Below, one piece after another: positions 19,084-27,741 of a stretch of DNA of 58,995 bases (position 1 is the stretch's first letter; each line of letters opens with the position of its first letter). The notes beneath the pieces were generated by a model. It saw only the letters and a list, made by a program, of their open reading frames with translations. It did no database searches and was not told where the DNA came from. The position numbers and the translations under genes are program-made. Source of the DNA: Gemmatimonadota bacterium (GTDB taxonomy: Bacteria; Gemmatimonadota; Gemmatimonadetes; JACCXV01; JAHWKZ01). The DNA lies in the NCBI GenBank assembly GCA_019347645.1, contig JAHWKZ010000001.1, positions 1 through 58,995 on the forward strand, given 5' to 3'.

Positions 19084-19123
19084 GACGATCGTCGGGCTCG
19101 TTCGACGGTCTCCGACGATCGTC
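19084..19123 (-). promoter_or_regulatory. 12-bp perfect stem-loop / twin GACGATCGTC palindromes between the two peptide genes
   Basis: GACGATCGTCGG (19084-19095) pairs with CCGACGATCGTC (19112-19123), with a 16-nt loop. It begins 10 nt after the stop of the 71-aa peptide gene. Confidence 0.45.
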
Positions 19124-19132
19124 ACCGCGGGC

Positions 19133-19348
19133 TCAGAAGCCCGTCCTGCCCTTGACGCAGCCGACGAACGACGCGAAGCACTCGATGAACTTGAGCTCCC
19201 GGATGAGCCAGTTCGACTTCTGCCAGGCGATGATCTGGCATCCCTCGTAGTCCTCGGTGCAGCCGGCCAACGCCGGGGCGGGGGCGACCGAACTGGCCCC
19301 GACCGCCACCAGTGCGGCCAGCAGGATACTTCGTCCACTCGACCTCAT
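19133..19348 (-). CDS. small secreted or lipidated cysteine-rich peptide precursor (71 aa, 4 Cys)
   Basis: GAAGGAGGGAAGG RBS before ATG 19348. MRSSGRSILLAALVAVGASSVAPAPALAGC signal (LAGC could be a lipobox). Mature part CTEDYEGCQIIAWQKSNWLIRELKFIECFASFVGCVKGRTGF. High GC3. Confidence 0.65.
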   Translation of the reverse strand: MRSSGRSILLAALVAVGASSVAPAPALAGCTEDYEGCQIIAWQKSNWLIRELKFIECFASFVGCVKGRTGF

Positions 19349-19657
19349 CCTTCCCTCCTTCGTCTGGGTTGGAGAACGGGAAGGCGGCCGCGCGCTCCCT
19401 CCGCCAGCCGGACCGGCCCCCTCCCTGGCCGATCCTTTCAGATTCGGCGCGCGGCGCGCCTTCGATACCGTCGACGACCGGCCGCTCCACTCCCCGGATG
19501 CTTCCGGCCGTGACGCGCGGATCCAGGGGGAGCACGATCGGGGCCGTTCCGGAATCGAAGCCGGGGGCGAATCGGCAACGCGTTGATCGGGAAGGGTTTA
19601 GGGACCGAGGGAGCGGGGCGGGACGGGGCGGCGCCCGATCGGGCGCGGGCTCGACTG

Positions 19658-21856
19658 TCAGCCTGCCGACGGAGAGACCACGCTCTCGCCGGCGATATCG
19701 GGGAGCCACTGCTTGGGAAAGCTCCAGCCGGCGAGACGCGGATCGTGACCGAGAAGGAGGATCTGATGCGTCTCTCCCAGCCGCTCGAGCGTCTCCTCCA
19801 CCCGCGCCAGTCGCTGGCGGTCGAAGTGGAGAAACGGGTCGTCGAGGACGATCGGGAGCGCCCGCTCGGCGGCCATCTCCTCGAGCAGCGATACCCGGAG
19901 CGCGAAGTAGAGCTGGTCGCGGGCACCCCGGCTGAGGCACTCCGCCGGCACGTTCCGCTTCTCCATTCCGTCCACGAAGAGCTCCAGCGATCCCGGATCG
20001 ATCCGCACCCCGTGGTAGCGGCCGCCAGTCATCGTCTCGAACACGCGGCCGATCCGCCGCGCGAGGCGCTGGGTCATCACCTGGAGGAACTCCTCCTTGC
20101 ACGCGTCCAGCGTCACCCAGGCGAGGCGGTACGCGTCGCGGTCGAGCTGGAGGCGCTCGATCTCCTCGTCGATCCGTTCGATCTCGACGGTCAGCCGATG
20201 GGGATCCTCGGCGACCGCGGGAAGGTCGGCCAGCCGGCGACGCCGCTCGAGCTCCTCGGCCTGTGCGCGCTCGCGCTCGGCCTCGAGGCGCGCCTGATCG
20301 GAGAGGAAGCGTCGCTCGTATTCGGGACCGAGCTCGAGGTAGGGGTGGCGCTCGACCAGCTGCCGGTGCTCGAGCCTCAGGACGTCGAGCTTCTCCTCTT
20401 TGATCCGCCGTCGCTCGCGCTCGAGCGCCTCCCGGTCGCCGAGCGCGCGGCGGCTCTCCTGCATGACGTCGAGCTGGGAGCGGAGCCGGCGCGCGCGGTC
20501 GTAACGCTCCAGCTCCTCGGCGAGGTCGACCCGATCGGGATCGACCGGCAACGAATCACCGAGCGCGCGGCGCTCGCGGGCGATCCGCGCCTGCTCGACC
20601 CGCAGAGCGTGCCGCCGGCGCACCAGGTCCCGCCGACGTGAGCGACGGGCGAGAGCCGCCCGGGCGCCACCCGCGGCGAGCAGGAGCCCGGCGGCCAGGG
20701 CGATCCATCCCGCCGGCGGGGCCGCGGCCCCCACCGCCAGGACGGTCCCGGCGATCGCGAGCGCGGCTCCCACCGCGAGCCCGACCAGCGGGAGGACCCG
20801 GCCCGGCATCCTCTCGAGCGCCGCCTGGACCTCCGCCTCCTCCGACTCGATCCGCGCTCCCTCCCGAGCCAGGCTTCCCAGGCGGTGGATCCGCTCCGGG
20901 AAGTCCCGGGAGAAGCGGAGGTAGCCGACCACCGGCTCGAGCGCCGCCGCCCGCTCGCGGACCCTCCGCTCCCAATCGGCGAACCGCCCGATCGCGGCCT
21001 CGATCTCCTCCCGCCGCTCCTTCGCGGCCTCGATCTCCTCCCGGATCCGGCTCGTCCGGCGGATCGCCTCGCGCACCTCGACGCCGTTCTCGAGCTCGCG
21101 ATCGATCTCCGCCGCCCGCTCCCGGGCGCGCTCCAGCGCCTCCTCGGCCTCCCGCCGCGCGCCGCGCGCCGCCTTCGCCGCTTCGCGTCGGCGGACGAGC
21201 TCGTCGCGCCGCTCGGCCAGCTCCTCGATGCGTCGCGGCCTGTGCTTGGCGTTGCGGGGCGGGTGCCTCAGGTCCACCCGGGTGAGGTCGTACCACCCGT
21301 CCTCGAACTCCCTCAGCGCCGCCCGGAAGTCCGCCCGTTCGCTTCCGGAGAGGAGCCGCAGCAGCTCGGTGGCGAGCGGGCGCGCGTCGGCGTCGCCCGG
21401 ACCCACGAATACGGTCTGGCGGAAGATCTCGGGGGAGACGAAGCCGAGGAGGCGCTGGAGCTCGTGATCGTAGGCGGCGAGATCGCTGGAGCGGCCGCGG
21501 GGATTGGGCTCTCCCTCCCACCGGTGGTCGATCGCTCCGTCGACCCGCCACTCCAGGGTCACCGCCTGGGTGTCGAAGTCCCGTCGGATCGTGCACGAGG
21601 TCGTATCCCCCAGGACCCATCGCTGCTCGACCGCGAACGGACCCCCCTCCCAGGGGCGTCGGGCGTCCTCGCGGGACTTGTCCTCGAACCCGAAGAGCCC
21701 GCGGAAGACGGCCGAGGCGAGGGTGGACTTCCCGGCCTCGTTGGGCGCGACGATCACCGTCCCCGGCTCGGCGGCGGGCTCGAGGACGAAGCCCCGGAGC
21801 CGGCCGTACCCCTCCACGGACAGCCGCTCGAGTCGGAGGCGGACCGCGTCGGTCAC
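19658..21856 (-). CDS. SbcC/YhaN-like AAA ATPase with central transmembrane hairpin
   Basis: GTG at 21856 (GTGA overlap). VTDAVRLRLERLSVEGYGRL, Walker A APNEAGKST, long coiled coils, central LPLVGLAVGAALAIAGTVLAV...IALAAGLLLAAGG, C-terminal LPIVLDDPFLHFD. Confidence 0.8.
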   Translation of the reverse strand: MTDAVRLRLERLSVEGYGRLRGFVLEPAAEPGTVIVAPNEAGKSTLASAVFRGLFGFEDKSREDARRPWEGGPFAVEQRWVLGDTTSCTIRRDFDTQAVTLEWRVDGAIDHRWEGEPNPRGRSSDLAAYDHELQRLLGFVSPEIFRQTVFVGPGDADARPLATELLRLLSGSERADFRAALREFEDGWYDLTRVDLRHPPRNAKHRPRRIEELAERRDELVRRREAAKAARGARREAEEALERARERAAEIDRELENGVEVREAIRRTSRIREEIEAAKERREEIEAAIGRFADWERRVRERAAALEPVVGYLRFSRDFPERIHRLGSLAREGARIESEEAEVQAALERMPGRVLPLVGLAVGAALAIAGTVLAVGAAAPPAGWIALAAGLLLAAGGARAALARRSRRRDLVRRRHALRVEQARIARERRALGDSLPVDPDRVDLAEELERYDRARRLRSQLDVMQESRRALGDREALERERRRIKEEKLDVLRLEHRQLVERHPYLELGPEYERRFLSDQARLEAERERAQAEELERRRRLADLPAVAEDPHRLTVEIERIDEEIERLQLDRDAYRLAWVTLDACKEEFLQVMTQRLARRIGRVFETMTGGRYHGVRIDPGSLELFVDGMEKRNVPAECLSRGARDQLYFALRVSLLEEMAAERALPIVLDDPFLHFDRQRLARVEETLERLGETHQILLLGHDPRLAGWSFPKQWLPDIAGESVVSPSAG

Positions 21857-22971
21857 CCGAACACCCTGAGGCCGAGCTTGATGGCCCGATCGACGACCTC
21901 GGCCGTACGCCCCTCCGCCGTCTCCCGCCGGTCCACGAGCCGGCGGAAGAACTCCCCGCGCACCGTCTCCTCCTCCCGCCGCTGCTCGAGCACGTGGCTG
22001 GCGACCATCGACGTCCGGTCCTCCACCCTCAGGTGTCCGTAGCGGGAGGCGAGGGACGCCTCGATCGTCCGCGGCCGCGGGATCACCTCCGGCTCGCCGA
22101 CCAGGGTGGCCTTCCACAGCCGTTCCGCGTCGCACGCCGATTCCACCGCGGCGATCATCTCCTCCTCGTCGGCGGCCCCGGTCACGTCGACCTCCCGGAC
22201 GTCCATCAGCCGCGAGTGGACCTCGACGGGGCGCACCGTCGGTGCGGCGCCGGGCTCGTCCCATTCGACGACCAGCACGTGCCGCGGCCCCCTCTCCGTC
22301 CAGTCGCGCCCCTCGAGCGAGCCGCTGTAGGCCCCCACCACGCGGCCCCCCGCCTCGAAGATCCGGAGGTTGTGGTAGTGCCCGAGCGCGATGTAGTCCA
22401 TCCCGAACCCCGACAGCTCCCGCTCGAGAAACGGGAGGTCCTCCTCGGCGATCGGCCATTCCGGGTTGAACCGACAGGCGGCGTGGACCACCGCCACGTG
22501 GATCCCCTCCTCGCCGGTGCGGGAGAGCGTCTTCCAGCCACCGCCGGTCCGCCGCGGGTCGTACGCGATCCCGTAGATCGTCACCGGCACCCCCTCGACC
22601 TCCAGGCGGACCGGGTCCTCGAAGGTCGGCCGGTCGAAGAAGTGGTGGAACGGGAGGCTCTCGTGGCGATAGACGCACTCGGCGTATCCGAGGCTGTCGT
22701 GGGTGCCGGGGACGCCGAAGACCTTGACCCCCGCCTCCTCGAGCCGTCCGAGCTCGCGTCGGGCGAGTTCCACCGCCGCCGGCTCGGGACGGAAGGTGTC
22801 GAAGAAGTCCCCCGCGATCACCACGACCTGCGCCCGGGCCGCGAGCGCGGCGTCGACCGCGCGCCGGAACGCCTCCTGCTGCTCCGAGCGGCGCTGGCGG
22901 GCGTAGTCGCCGAAGTTCGCGAGCGGGGCGCCCAGGTGGACGTCCGCGATGTGGACCAGCCGGACGCTCAC
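21853..22971 (-). CDS. SbcD/YhaO-like metallophosphoesterase nuclease
   Basis: GTG at 22971 (GTGA overlap). VSVRLVHIADVHLG, IAGDFFD, GTHD, LGHYH. Confidence 0.8.
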   Translation of the reverse strand: MSVRLVHIADVHLGAPLANFGDYARQRRSEQQEAFRRAVDAALAARAQVVVIAGDFFDTFRPEPAAVELARRELGRLEEAGVKVFGVPGTHDSLGYAECVYRHESLPFHHFFDRPTFEDPVRLEVEGVPVTIYGIAYDPRRTGGGWKTLSRTGEEGIHVAVVHAACRFNPEWPIAEEDLPFLERELSGFGMDYIALGHYHNLRIFEAGGRVVGAYSGSLEGRDWTERGPRHVLVVEWDEPGAAPTVRPVEVHSRLMDVREVDVTGAADEEEMIAAVESACDAERLWKATLVGEPEVIPRPRTIEASLASRYGHLRVEDRTSMVASHVLEQRREEETVRGEFFRRLVDRRETAEGRTAEVVDRAIKLGLRVFG

Positions 22972-23597
22972 GCGCCGGCCCCAAGCCGATACCGGGCCAG
23001 GGCCGTATGGCTCGGCCCCGCCGGTCCCAGCTCGCTCGCGTACAGGATCATCTCGTCGACCTCCTCGGCACCCGACTCCGGCCGCCAGTCCCGGACCGCC
23101 TCGACCGCCGGGCGCGACCCGCGGGGTCCCTTGATCCTCCCGAGCGTCAGATGGGCGGTGAACGGGCGCTCGGCGGGCTCGAAGCCGGACGCCCGCGCGT
23201 CCGCCTCCACTCGTTCGGCGAGCCGATCGACGGCTCCGGCGTCCTCGAAGCCGACCCACAGCACCCGCGCGCGGCGCCAGTGGGGGAAGGCGCCCGTCTC
23301 GCCGGGGGACAGGGTCAACGACCCCGACGCCGCGGCCGTCTCGGCGAGACGGCCGTGGAGCTCGGCCAGCGCCCGCGGAGAGGCGTCGCCCAGGAAGCGC
23401 AGGGTGAGGTGGATCCGCTCCGGGTCCGACCACTTCGCGTCGGCGGGTATCGATCGCCACCGCCGTCTCGCTTCGGCCACCGCCGCTCGGAGTCCCGGCG
23501 GGCACGGCAGCGCGACGAAGGACCGGACCGGCCGGTCCAGCCGACGGAACTCGCCGCCCGGGGTGGCGGCACCAAGATCTCCCTCACGTCCGGTCAT
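22968..23597 (-). CDS. thpR: RNA 2',3'-cyclic phosphodiesterase (2H phosphoesterase)
   Basis: Two HxTx motifs: IHLTLRFLG and AHLTLGRI. Confidence 0.8.
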   Translation of the reverse strand: MTGREGDLGAATPGGEFRRLDRPVRSFVALPCPPGLRAAVAEARRRWRSIPADAKWSDPERIHLTLRFLGDASPRALAELHGRLAETAAASGSLTLSPGETGAFPHWRRARVLWVGFEDAGAVDRLAERVEADARASGFEPAERPFTAHLTLGRIKGPRGSRPAVEAVRDWRPESGAEEVDEMILYASELGPAGPSHTALARYRLGAGA

Positions 23598-24423
23598 CGC
23601 ACCACTCCAGGATCCGGTCGTACAGAGCCTCGCGGCCCAGGTCGTTCAACAGCTCGTGGTAGGCCCCCGGGACCCGCTCGATCGTCACGTCGTCGGCTTC
23701 CACCCGCCGGGCCCAGGCGCGCGCCGCCTCCGGGTCGACCACCCGATCGTCGTCGGCCGTCAGGACGAGGAGCGGGACGTCGAGCTGGAGCGTCCCCTCG
23801 CGTGCCGCCTCCATCGCCCGGTCCGTGGACACCATGGCCCGCGGGCTCATCACCCGGTGGATGCGGGGATCGTCCTCGGCCGCCGCTCTGCGCTCGGGAT
23901 CGCGGGTGAGCCGGCCGGGATCGGTGCCTCGCGGCAGCGAAACGCGGGGAGCCAGCTTCGCCAGGAGACGGATCCCCCAGCGGTACCACTCCGGCCGCTC
24001 CTCCACCAGGCCGAGCGGGGGGCCCGAGAGGACCAGTCCTTTCACGGGAAGCCGCCCCACCCCTCCCGACCATACGATCGCGACCAGCGCGCCCAGGCTA
24101 TGGGCCACGACGAAGACCGGGAGATCGGGATAGCGGTCGCGGGTGACCTCCACGAACCTGCCGAGGTCGGCGACGAGATCCTGGAAATCGAAGTCGCCGC
24201 GACGACCCGGCGTATCGCCGTGGCCCCGCTGGTCGTAGCCGGTCGCGTGCCATCCGCGCTCCACCGCCCGATCGAACCACTCGCGGTACTTCTCGACGTA
24301 TTCGCCGAGTCCGTGGAGGAGGACGATCGCGCCCCGTGCCGCCGCCCCCGCGTCGGCGACATCGAAGTGCAGGAGCGTCCCGTCGGCGCCCCGGAACCAG
24401 CACGACCGGGCGACCAGCGTCAC
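23584..24423 (-). CDS. alpha/beta hydrolase (lysophospholipase/monoacylglycerol-lipase-like)
   Basis: GTG at 24423 (GTGA overlap with the cinA stop). LLHGLGEY, nucleophile elbow AHSLGA, C-terminal GAYHELLND. Confidence 0.75.
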   Translation of the reverse strand: MTLVARSCWFRGADGTLLHFDVADAGAAARGAIVLLHGLGEYVEKYREWFDRAVERGWHATGYDQRGHGDTPGRRGDFDFQDLVADLGRFVEVTRDRYPDLPVFVVAHSLGALVAIVWSGGVGRLPVKGLVLSGPPLGLVEERPEWYRWGIRLLAKLAPRVSLPRGTDPGRLTRDPERRAAAEDDPRIHRVMSPRAMVSTDRAMEAAREGTLQLDVPLLVLTADDDRVVDPEAARAWARRVEADDVTIERVPGAYHELLNDLGREALYDRILEWCDDRT

Positions 24424-25679
24424 GACGCTCCTCCTTCCCCGCGACAGGCCCGCAGCAACATTCCCATCGCGGTCAGCACCGAGCGGCGCCGAATGTCCTC
24501 CCGGCTGCCGGGGTAGGTGAGCCGGCGCACCTCCGCGCCCTCCGGCGTCGCCACGCCGCAGAAGACCAACCCGACGGGCTTCTCCTCGCTCCCGCCGCCG
24601 GGGCCGGCGATCCCGGTGATCGCGCACCCGACGTCGGCGCCGATCACCTTCCTCGCCCCGGCGGCCATGGCCCGACACGTCTCTTCGCTGACCGCCCCGT
24701 AGGCGGCGAGGTCCTCGCCCGCTATGCCGAGGAGCGAGGTCTTGACCTCGTCCGAGTACGCCAGGACGCCCCCCGCGAACCACTCGCTCGATCCCGGAAC
24801 CGTGGTGATCTCGCCCCCGAGGAGGCCGGCGGTGCACGACTCGGCCACCGCCAGCACCCAACCCCGAGCTCGGAGCGTCTCCCCGATCGCCTCCGCCAGG
24901 GTCGTGTCGTCGTACCCCCAGAACCAGGGCCGGGCCCGCCCGGCGATCGCCTCGGCGAGCGCGGTCAGCCGCGCCCCGGCCTCCTCGGCCGGGAGTCCGG
25001 CGGCCGTCAGCCGGACGTCCACCTGTCCGGTCCGCGGCAGGAACGCGACCTCGAGCGGATCGGCCGACTCGACCAGGTCCTCGAGCTTCTCGGCCAGGGC
25101 GGATTCGCCGATCCCGACGGTGTGGACCACCCGGGACTCGACGACCGGCGCCCCCTTGCCGGCCGCCTCGATGAGCGCGGGCAGGACCGCGTCCTCCAGG
25201 AGCGCCTCCATCTCTTTGGGCACGCCGGGCAGGACGAACAACGTGAAGCCTTCCTCCTCGATCACCAGGCCCGGAGCGGTGCCGTGCGGGTTGGCCACGG
25301 CGCGCGCCCCCCGCGGCACCATCGCCTGGCTGACATTCGACGCCGGCATCTCGTCGTATCCGAACCTCCGGAACTTCTCCTTCACGATCTCGAGCTGCTC
25401 CTCGTCGAGGACCAGGGGACGGCCGAGGACCTCGGCCACGACCTGCCGGGTCCGATCGTCGCCGGTGGGGCCGAGCCCGCCCATGGCGATCGCCCACCGG
25501 GCTCGCCCGCGCACCTCGCGGAGGACGACCGCCATCCGCTCCGGGTCGTCTCCCACCATGGTGACCCGAACGACACGGCCACCGATCTCGGCCAGCCGAC
25601 GCGCCACGGCGGCGCTGTTCGTATCGACGGTCTCGCCGAGGAGCAGCTCGTTGCCGATGGCGACGATCTCGATCTCCAC
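24420..25679 (-). CDS. cinA: CinA family protein (competence/damage-inducible; NMN deamidase domain)
   Basis: MEIEIVAIGNELLLGETVDTNSA MoCF-type N-terminus and ESCTAGLLG in the C-terminal domain. Confidence 0.88.
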   Translation of the reverse strand: MEIEIVAIGNELLLGETVDTNSAAVARRLAEIGGRVVRVTMVGDDPERMAVVLREVRGRARWAIAMGGLGPTGDDRTRQVVAEVLGRPLVLDEEQLEIVKEKFRRFGYDEMPASNVSQAMVPRGARAVANPHGTAPGLVIEEEGFTLFVLPGVPKEMEALLEDAVLPALIEAAGKGAPVVESRVVHTVGIGESALAEKLEDLVESADPLEVAFLPRTGQVDVRLTAAGLPAEEAGARLTALAEAIAGRARPWFWGYDDTTLAEAIGETLRARGWVLAVAESCTAGLLGGEITTVPGSSEWFAGGVLAYSDEVKTSLLGIAGEDLAAYGAVSEETCRAMAAGARKVIGADVGCAITGIAGPGGGSEEKPVGLVFCGVATPEGAEVRRLTYPGSREDIRRRSVLTAMGMLLRACRGEGGAS

Positions 25680-25703
25680 GATCCTCCTGGCGCCCCGATC
25701 CGT

Positions 25704-26159
25704 CTAGAGAGCCCAGCGTCCCAGAGTCAGCAGCGCGGCCCCCACCAGGCCCGCGACGACGTCGTCGAGCATCACCCCCCACCCGCCGCGGACCGCCTGC
25801 AATCGCCCCAGAGGAGGTGGCTTGGCGATGTCGAGGAAGCGGAACAGGGCGAAGGCAACGCCCGCGCCCACCCAGCCGCGCGGGGCGGCGAGGAGCGCGA
25901 TCCCCATTCCCGCGACCTCGTCGATCACGATCCGGCCGTCGTCGTGGCCGAGGACGGCTTCGGCGCGATCGGCCACGGCCGCTCCGGCCACGATCGATCC
26001 CGCCACCACGGTCGACCACGCCCACCCCGGCCACGGCAACATCCAGAGAGCCGCCGTGATCGCCGAGGCGACCGTGCCGGGGCCCCACGGCCAGTACCCG
26101 ATCGGACCCAGGGTCGCGGCCGCCGTGGCGGCGCGGGTCAGCCGGCCCGGCCGAGCCAC
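25704..26159 (-). CDS. pgpA: phosphatidylglycerophosphatase A
   Basis: GTG at 26159 gives (M)ARPGRLTRAATAAATLGPIGYWPWGPGTVAS... and FRFLDIAKPPPLG. It overlaps the pgsA 3' end by 22 nt. Confidence 0.75.
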   Translation of the reverse strand: MARPGRLTRAATAAATLGPIGYWPWGPGTVASAITAALWMLPWPGWAWSTVVAGSIVAGAAVADRAEAVLGHDDGRIVIDEVAGMGIALLAAPRGWVGAGVAFALFRFLDIAKPPPLGRLQAVRGGWGVMLDDVVAGLVGAALLTLGRWAL

Positions 26160-26728
26160 AACCGCCGGTGGGCGTGGAGATAGTCGATGAGCGACAGGAC
26201 GGTCAGGACGACCACGAACCAGAACCCCACCTCGATGACGGCGCGGGTGTATCCCATCCAGTGATCCCACCACGGGCCGCCGGCGCCCCGTTCGACGTAG
26301 CCGAGGTTGATCCGCAGCACCAGGACCGAGCCGATGAACCAGTTCTGGACCATCGCCTTCGATTTTCCCCACCCGCTCGCCGCGATCACCACACCGCGGT
26401 TCGACGCGAAGCGACGGAAGGCGGTGATGATCGCCTCACGCGACAGCACCAGGATCACGAGCCACAGCGGGAGGAGACCGATGCCGTAGAGCGGCACGAA
26501 GGTGACCAGGACGAGGAGCTTGTCGGCGATCGGGTCGAGGAGCTGTCCGAAGCGGGTGATCTCCCCCCGGGTCCGCGCCAGGTTTCCGTCGACGACGTCG
26601 CTGATCGCCGCCGCCACGAACAGCAGGAACGAGGACCACCGCTCGGTCAAGCCGTCCTGATAGATGAGCCAGGCGAGGACCGGCGTCACCGCGATCCGCG
26701 CGATGGTGATCTTGTTCGGGGTGGTCAC
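26138..26728 (-). CDS. pgsA: CDP-diacylglycerol--glycerol-3-phosphate 3-phosphatidyltransferase
   Basis: PNKITIARI..., DVVDGNLAR...G..LDPIADK CDP-alcohol phosphatidyltransferase motif. Confidence 0.9.
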   Translation of the reverse strand: MTTPNKITIARIAVTPVLAWLIYQDGLTERWSSFLLFVAAAISDVVDGNLARTRGEITRFGQLLDPIADKLLVLVTFVPLYGIGLLPLWLVILVLSREAIITAFRRFASNRGVVIAASGWGKSKAMVQNWFIGSVLVLRINLGYVERGAGGPWWDHWMGYTRAVIEVGFWFVVVLTVLSLIDYLHAHRRLWLGRAG

Positions 26729-26771
26729 GGAGCCGAAAGGTACCCGTCGCGCACCGGCGATGCCGGCCTCA

Positions 26772-27362
26772 CTACAGCTCCCGACGGGCCGAAAGTGCCT
26801 CTCCCACCGTCACCTCGTCGAGGAACTCGAGGCTGCCGCCCATCGGGATGCCGCGGGCGAGGCGCGTCACCTTCACGCCCACGGGCCCGAGGGCGCGCCT
26901 GAGGTAGAGAGCCGTGGCCTCGCCTTCCACGTCTGGATTGGTGGCGAGGATCACCTCCTGGACCATGTCCTCCCGCGCGCGTCCGAGGAGGCCGTCCACC
27001 GTGAGCGCCTCGGGTCCCACCCCATCGAGCGGCGAGAGGCGGCCGTGGAGGACGTGGTAGCGACCCCGATAGTGGCCGCTCCTCTCGATGACGTGGATGT
27101 CGCTCGGCTCCTCCACCACGCAGATCGTCGCGTCGTCGCGGCGCGGATCGCGGCAGATGGCGCAGCGGGGACCCTCGGCGATGTTGCCGCACGTCTCACA
27201 GAAGACGATCCGATCCTTCACCTGCCGAATCGCCTGCGACAGCGCGTAGGCCGTGTCCTTCGACTGCTTGAGGAGGTGGAACGTCAGCCGACTGGCGGTC
27301 TTGCGCCCGATCCCCGGCAGCTTCGCCAGCTCCTCGATCAGCTGCTCGACCGCATCCGCCAC
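26772..27362 (-). CDS. recR: recombination protein RecR
   Basis: LAKLPGIGRKTASRLTFHLL HhH, CETCGNIAEGPRCAIC zinc finger, Toprim region. Confidence 0.93.
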   Translation of the reverse strand: MADAVEQLIEELAKLPGIGRKTASRLTFHLLKQSKDTAYALSQAIRQVKDRIVFCETCGNIAEGPRCAICRDPRRDDATICVVEEPSDIHVIERSGHYRGRYHVLHGRLSPLDGVGPEALTVDGLLGRAREDMVQEVILATNPDVEGEATALYLRRALGPVGVKVTRLARGIPMGGSLEFLDEVTVGEALSARREL

Positions 27363-27396
27363 GACCCGCTACCGCTCCCCTTCGATCTCGCCCGAC

Positions 27397-27741
27397 CTAG
27401 AACAAACCGGGGAGGGGCATTCCCCCCGTCAGCCTCTTCATCTCCTCCGCCGCCATCTCGCCCGCCCGCGTCAGCGCCTCGCTCACCGCGGCCACCACGA
27501 GGTCCTCGAGCATCTCGACGTCCTCGGGATCGACGACCTGCGGGTCGATCGAGATCGATACGAGCTCCTGCCGGCCGTTCACCACCGCGGTCACCATGCC
27601 CCCGCCCGCCGTCGCCTCCACCGTACGGTCGGCGAGCTCGGACTGCATCCGGGACACCTGGCTCTGGATCCGCTGGGCCTGCTTCAGGAGGTTCTGGATG
27701 TTGTTGTTGTTCATCGGCTCCTCATAGGGGTCCATCGTCAT
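27397..27741 (-). CDS. ybaB: YbaB/EbfC nucleoid-associated protein
   Basis: NIQNLLKQAQRIQSQVSRMQSELADRTVEATAGGGMVTAVVNG. The start could be 27741 (ATGA overlap with dnaX) or the MNNNN methionine at 27714. Confidence 0.9.
   Translation of the reverse strand: MTMDPYEEPMNNNNIQNLLKQAQRIQSQVSRMQSELADRTVEATAGGGMVTAVVNGRQELVSISIDPQVVDPEDVEMLEDLVVAAVSEALTRAGEMAAEEMKRLTGGMPLPGLF

Noticed and set aside
19446-19646. GC-rich palindromes in the 310-bp region upstream of the peptide cassette (GGCGCGCGGCGCGCC at 19446-19460; GCGCCCGATCGGGCGC at 19631-19646).
   Set aside because: Short G/C-only palindromes arise easily at this base composition. The second may be a weak terminator hairpin for the yhaN-like gene, but there is no U-tract. 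Not strong enough to call.
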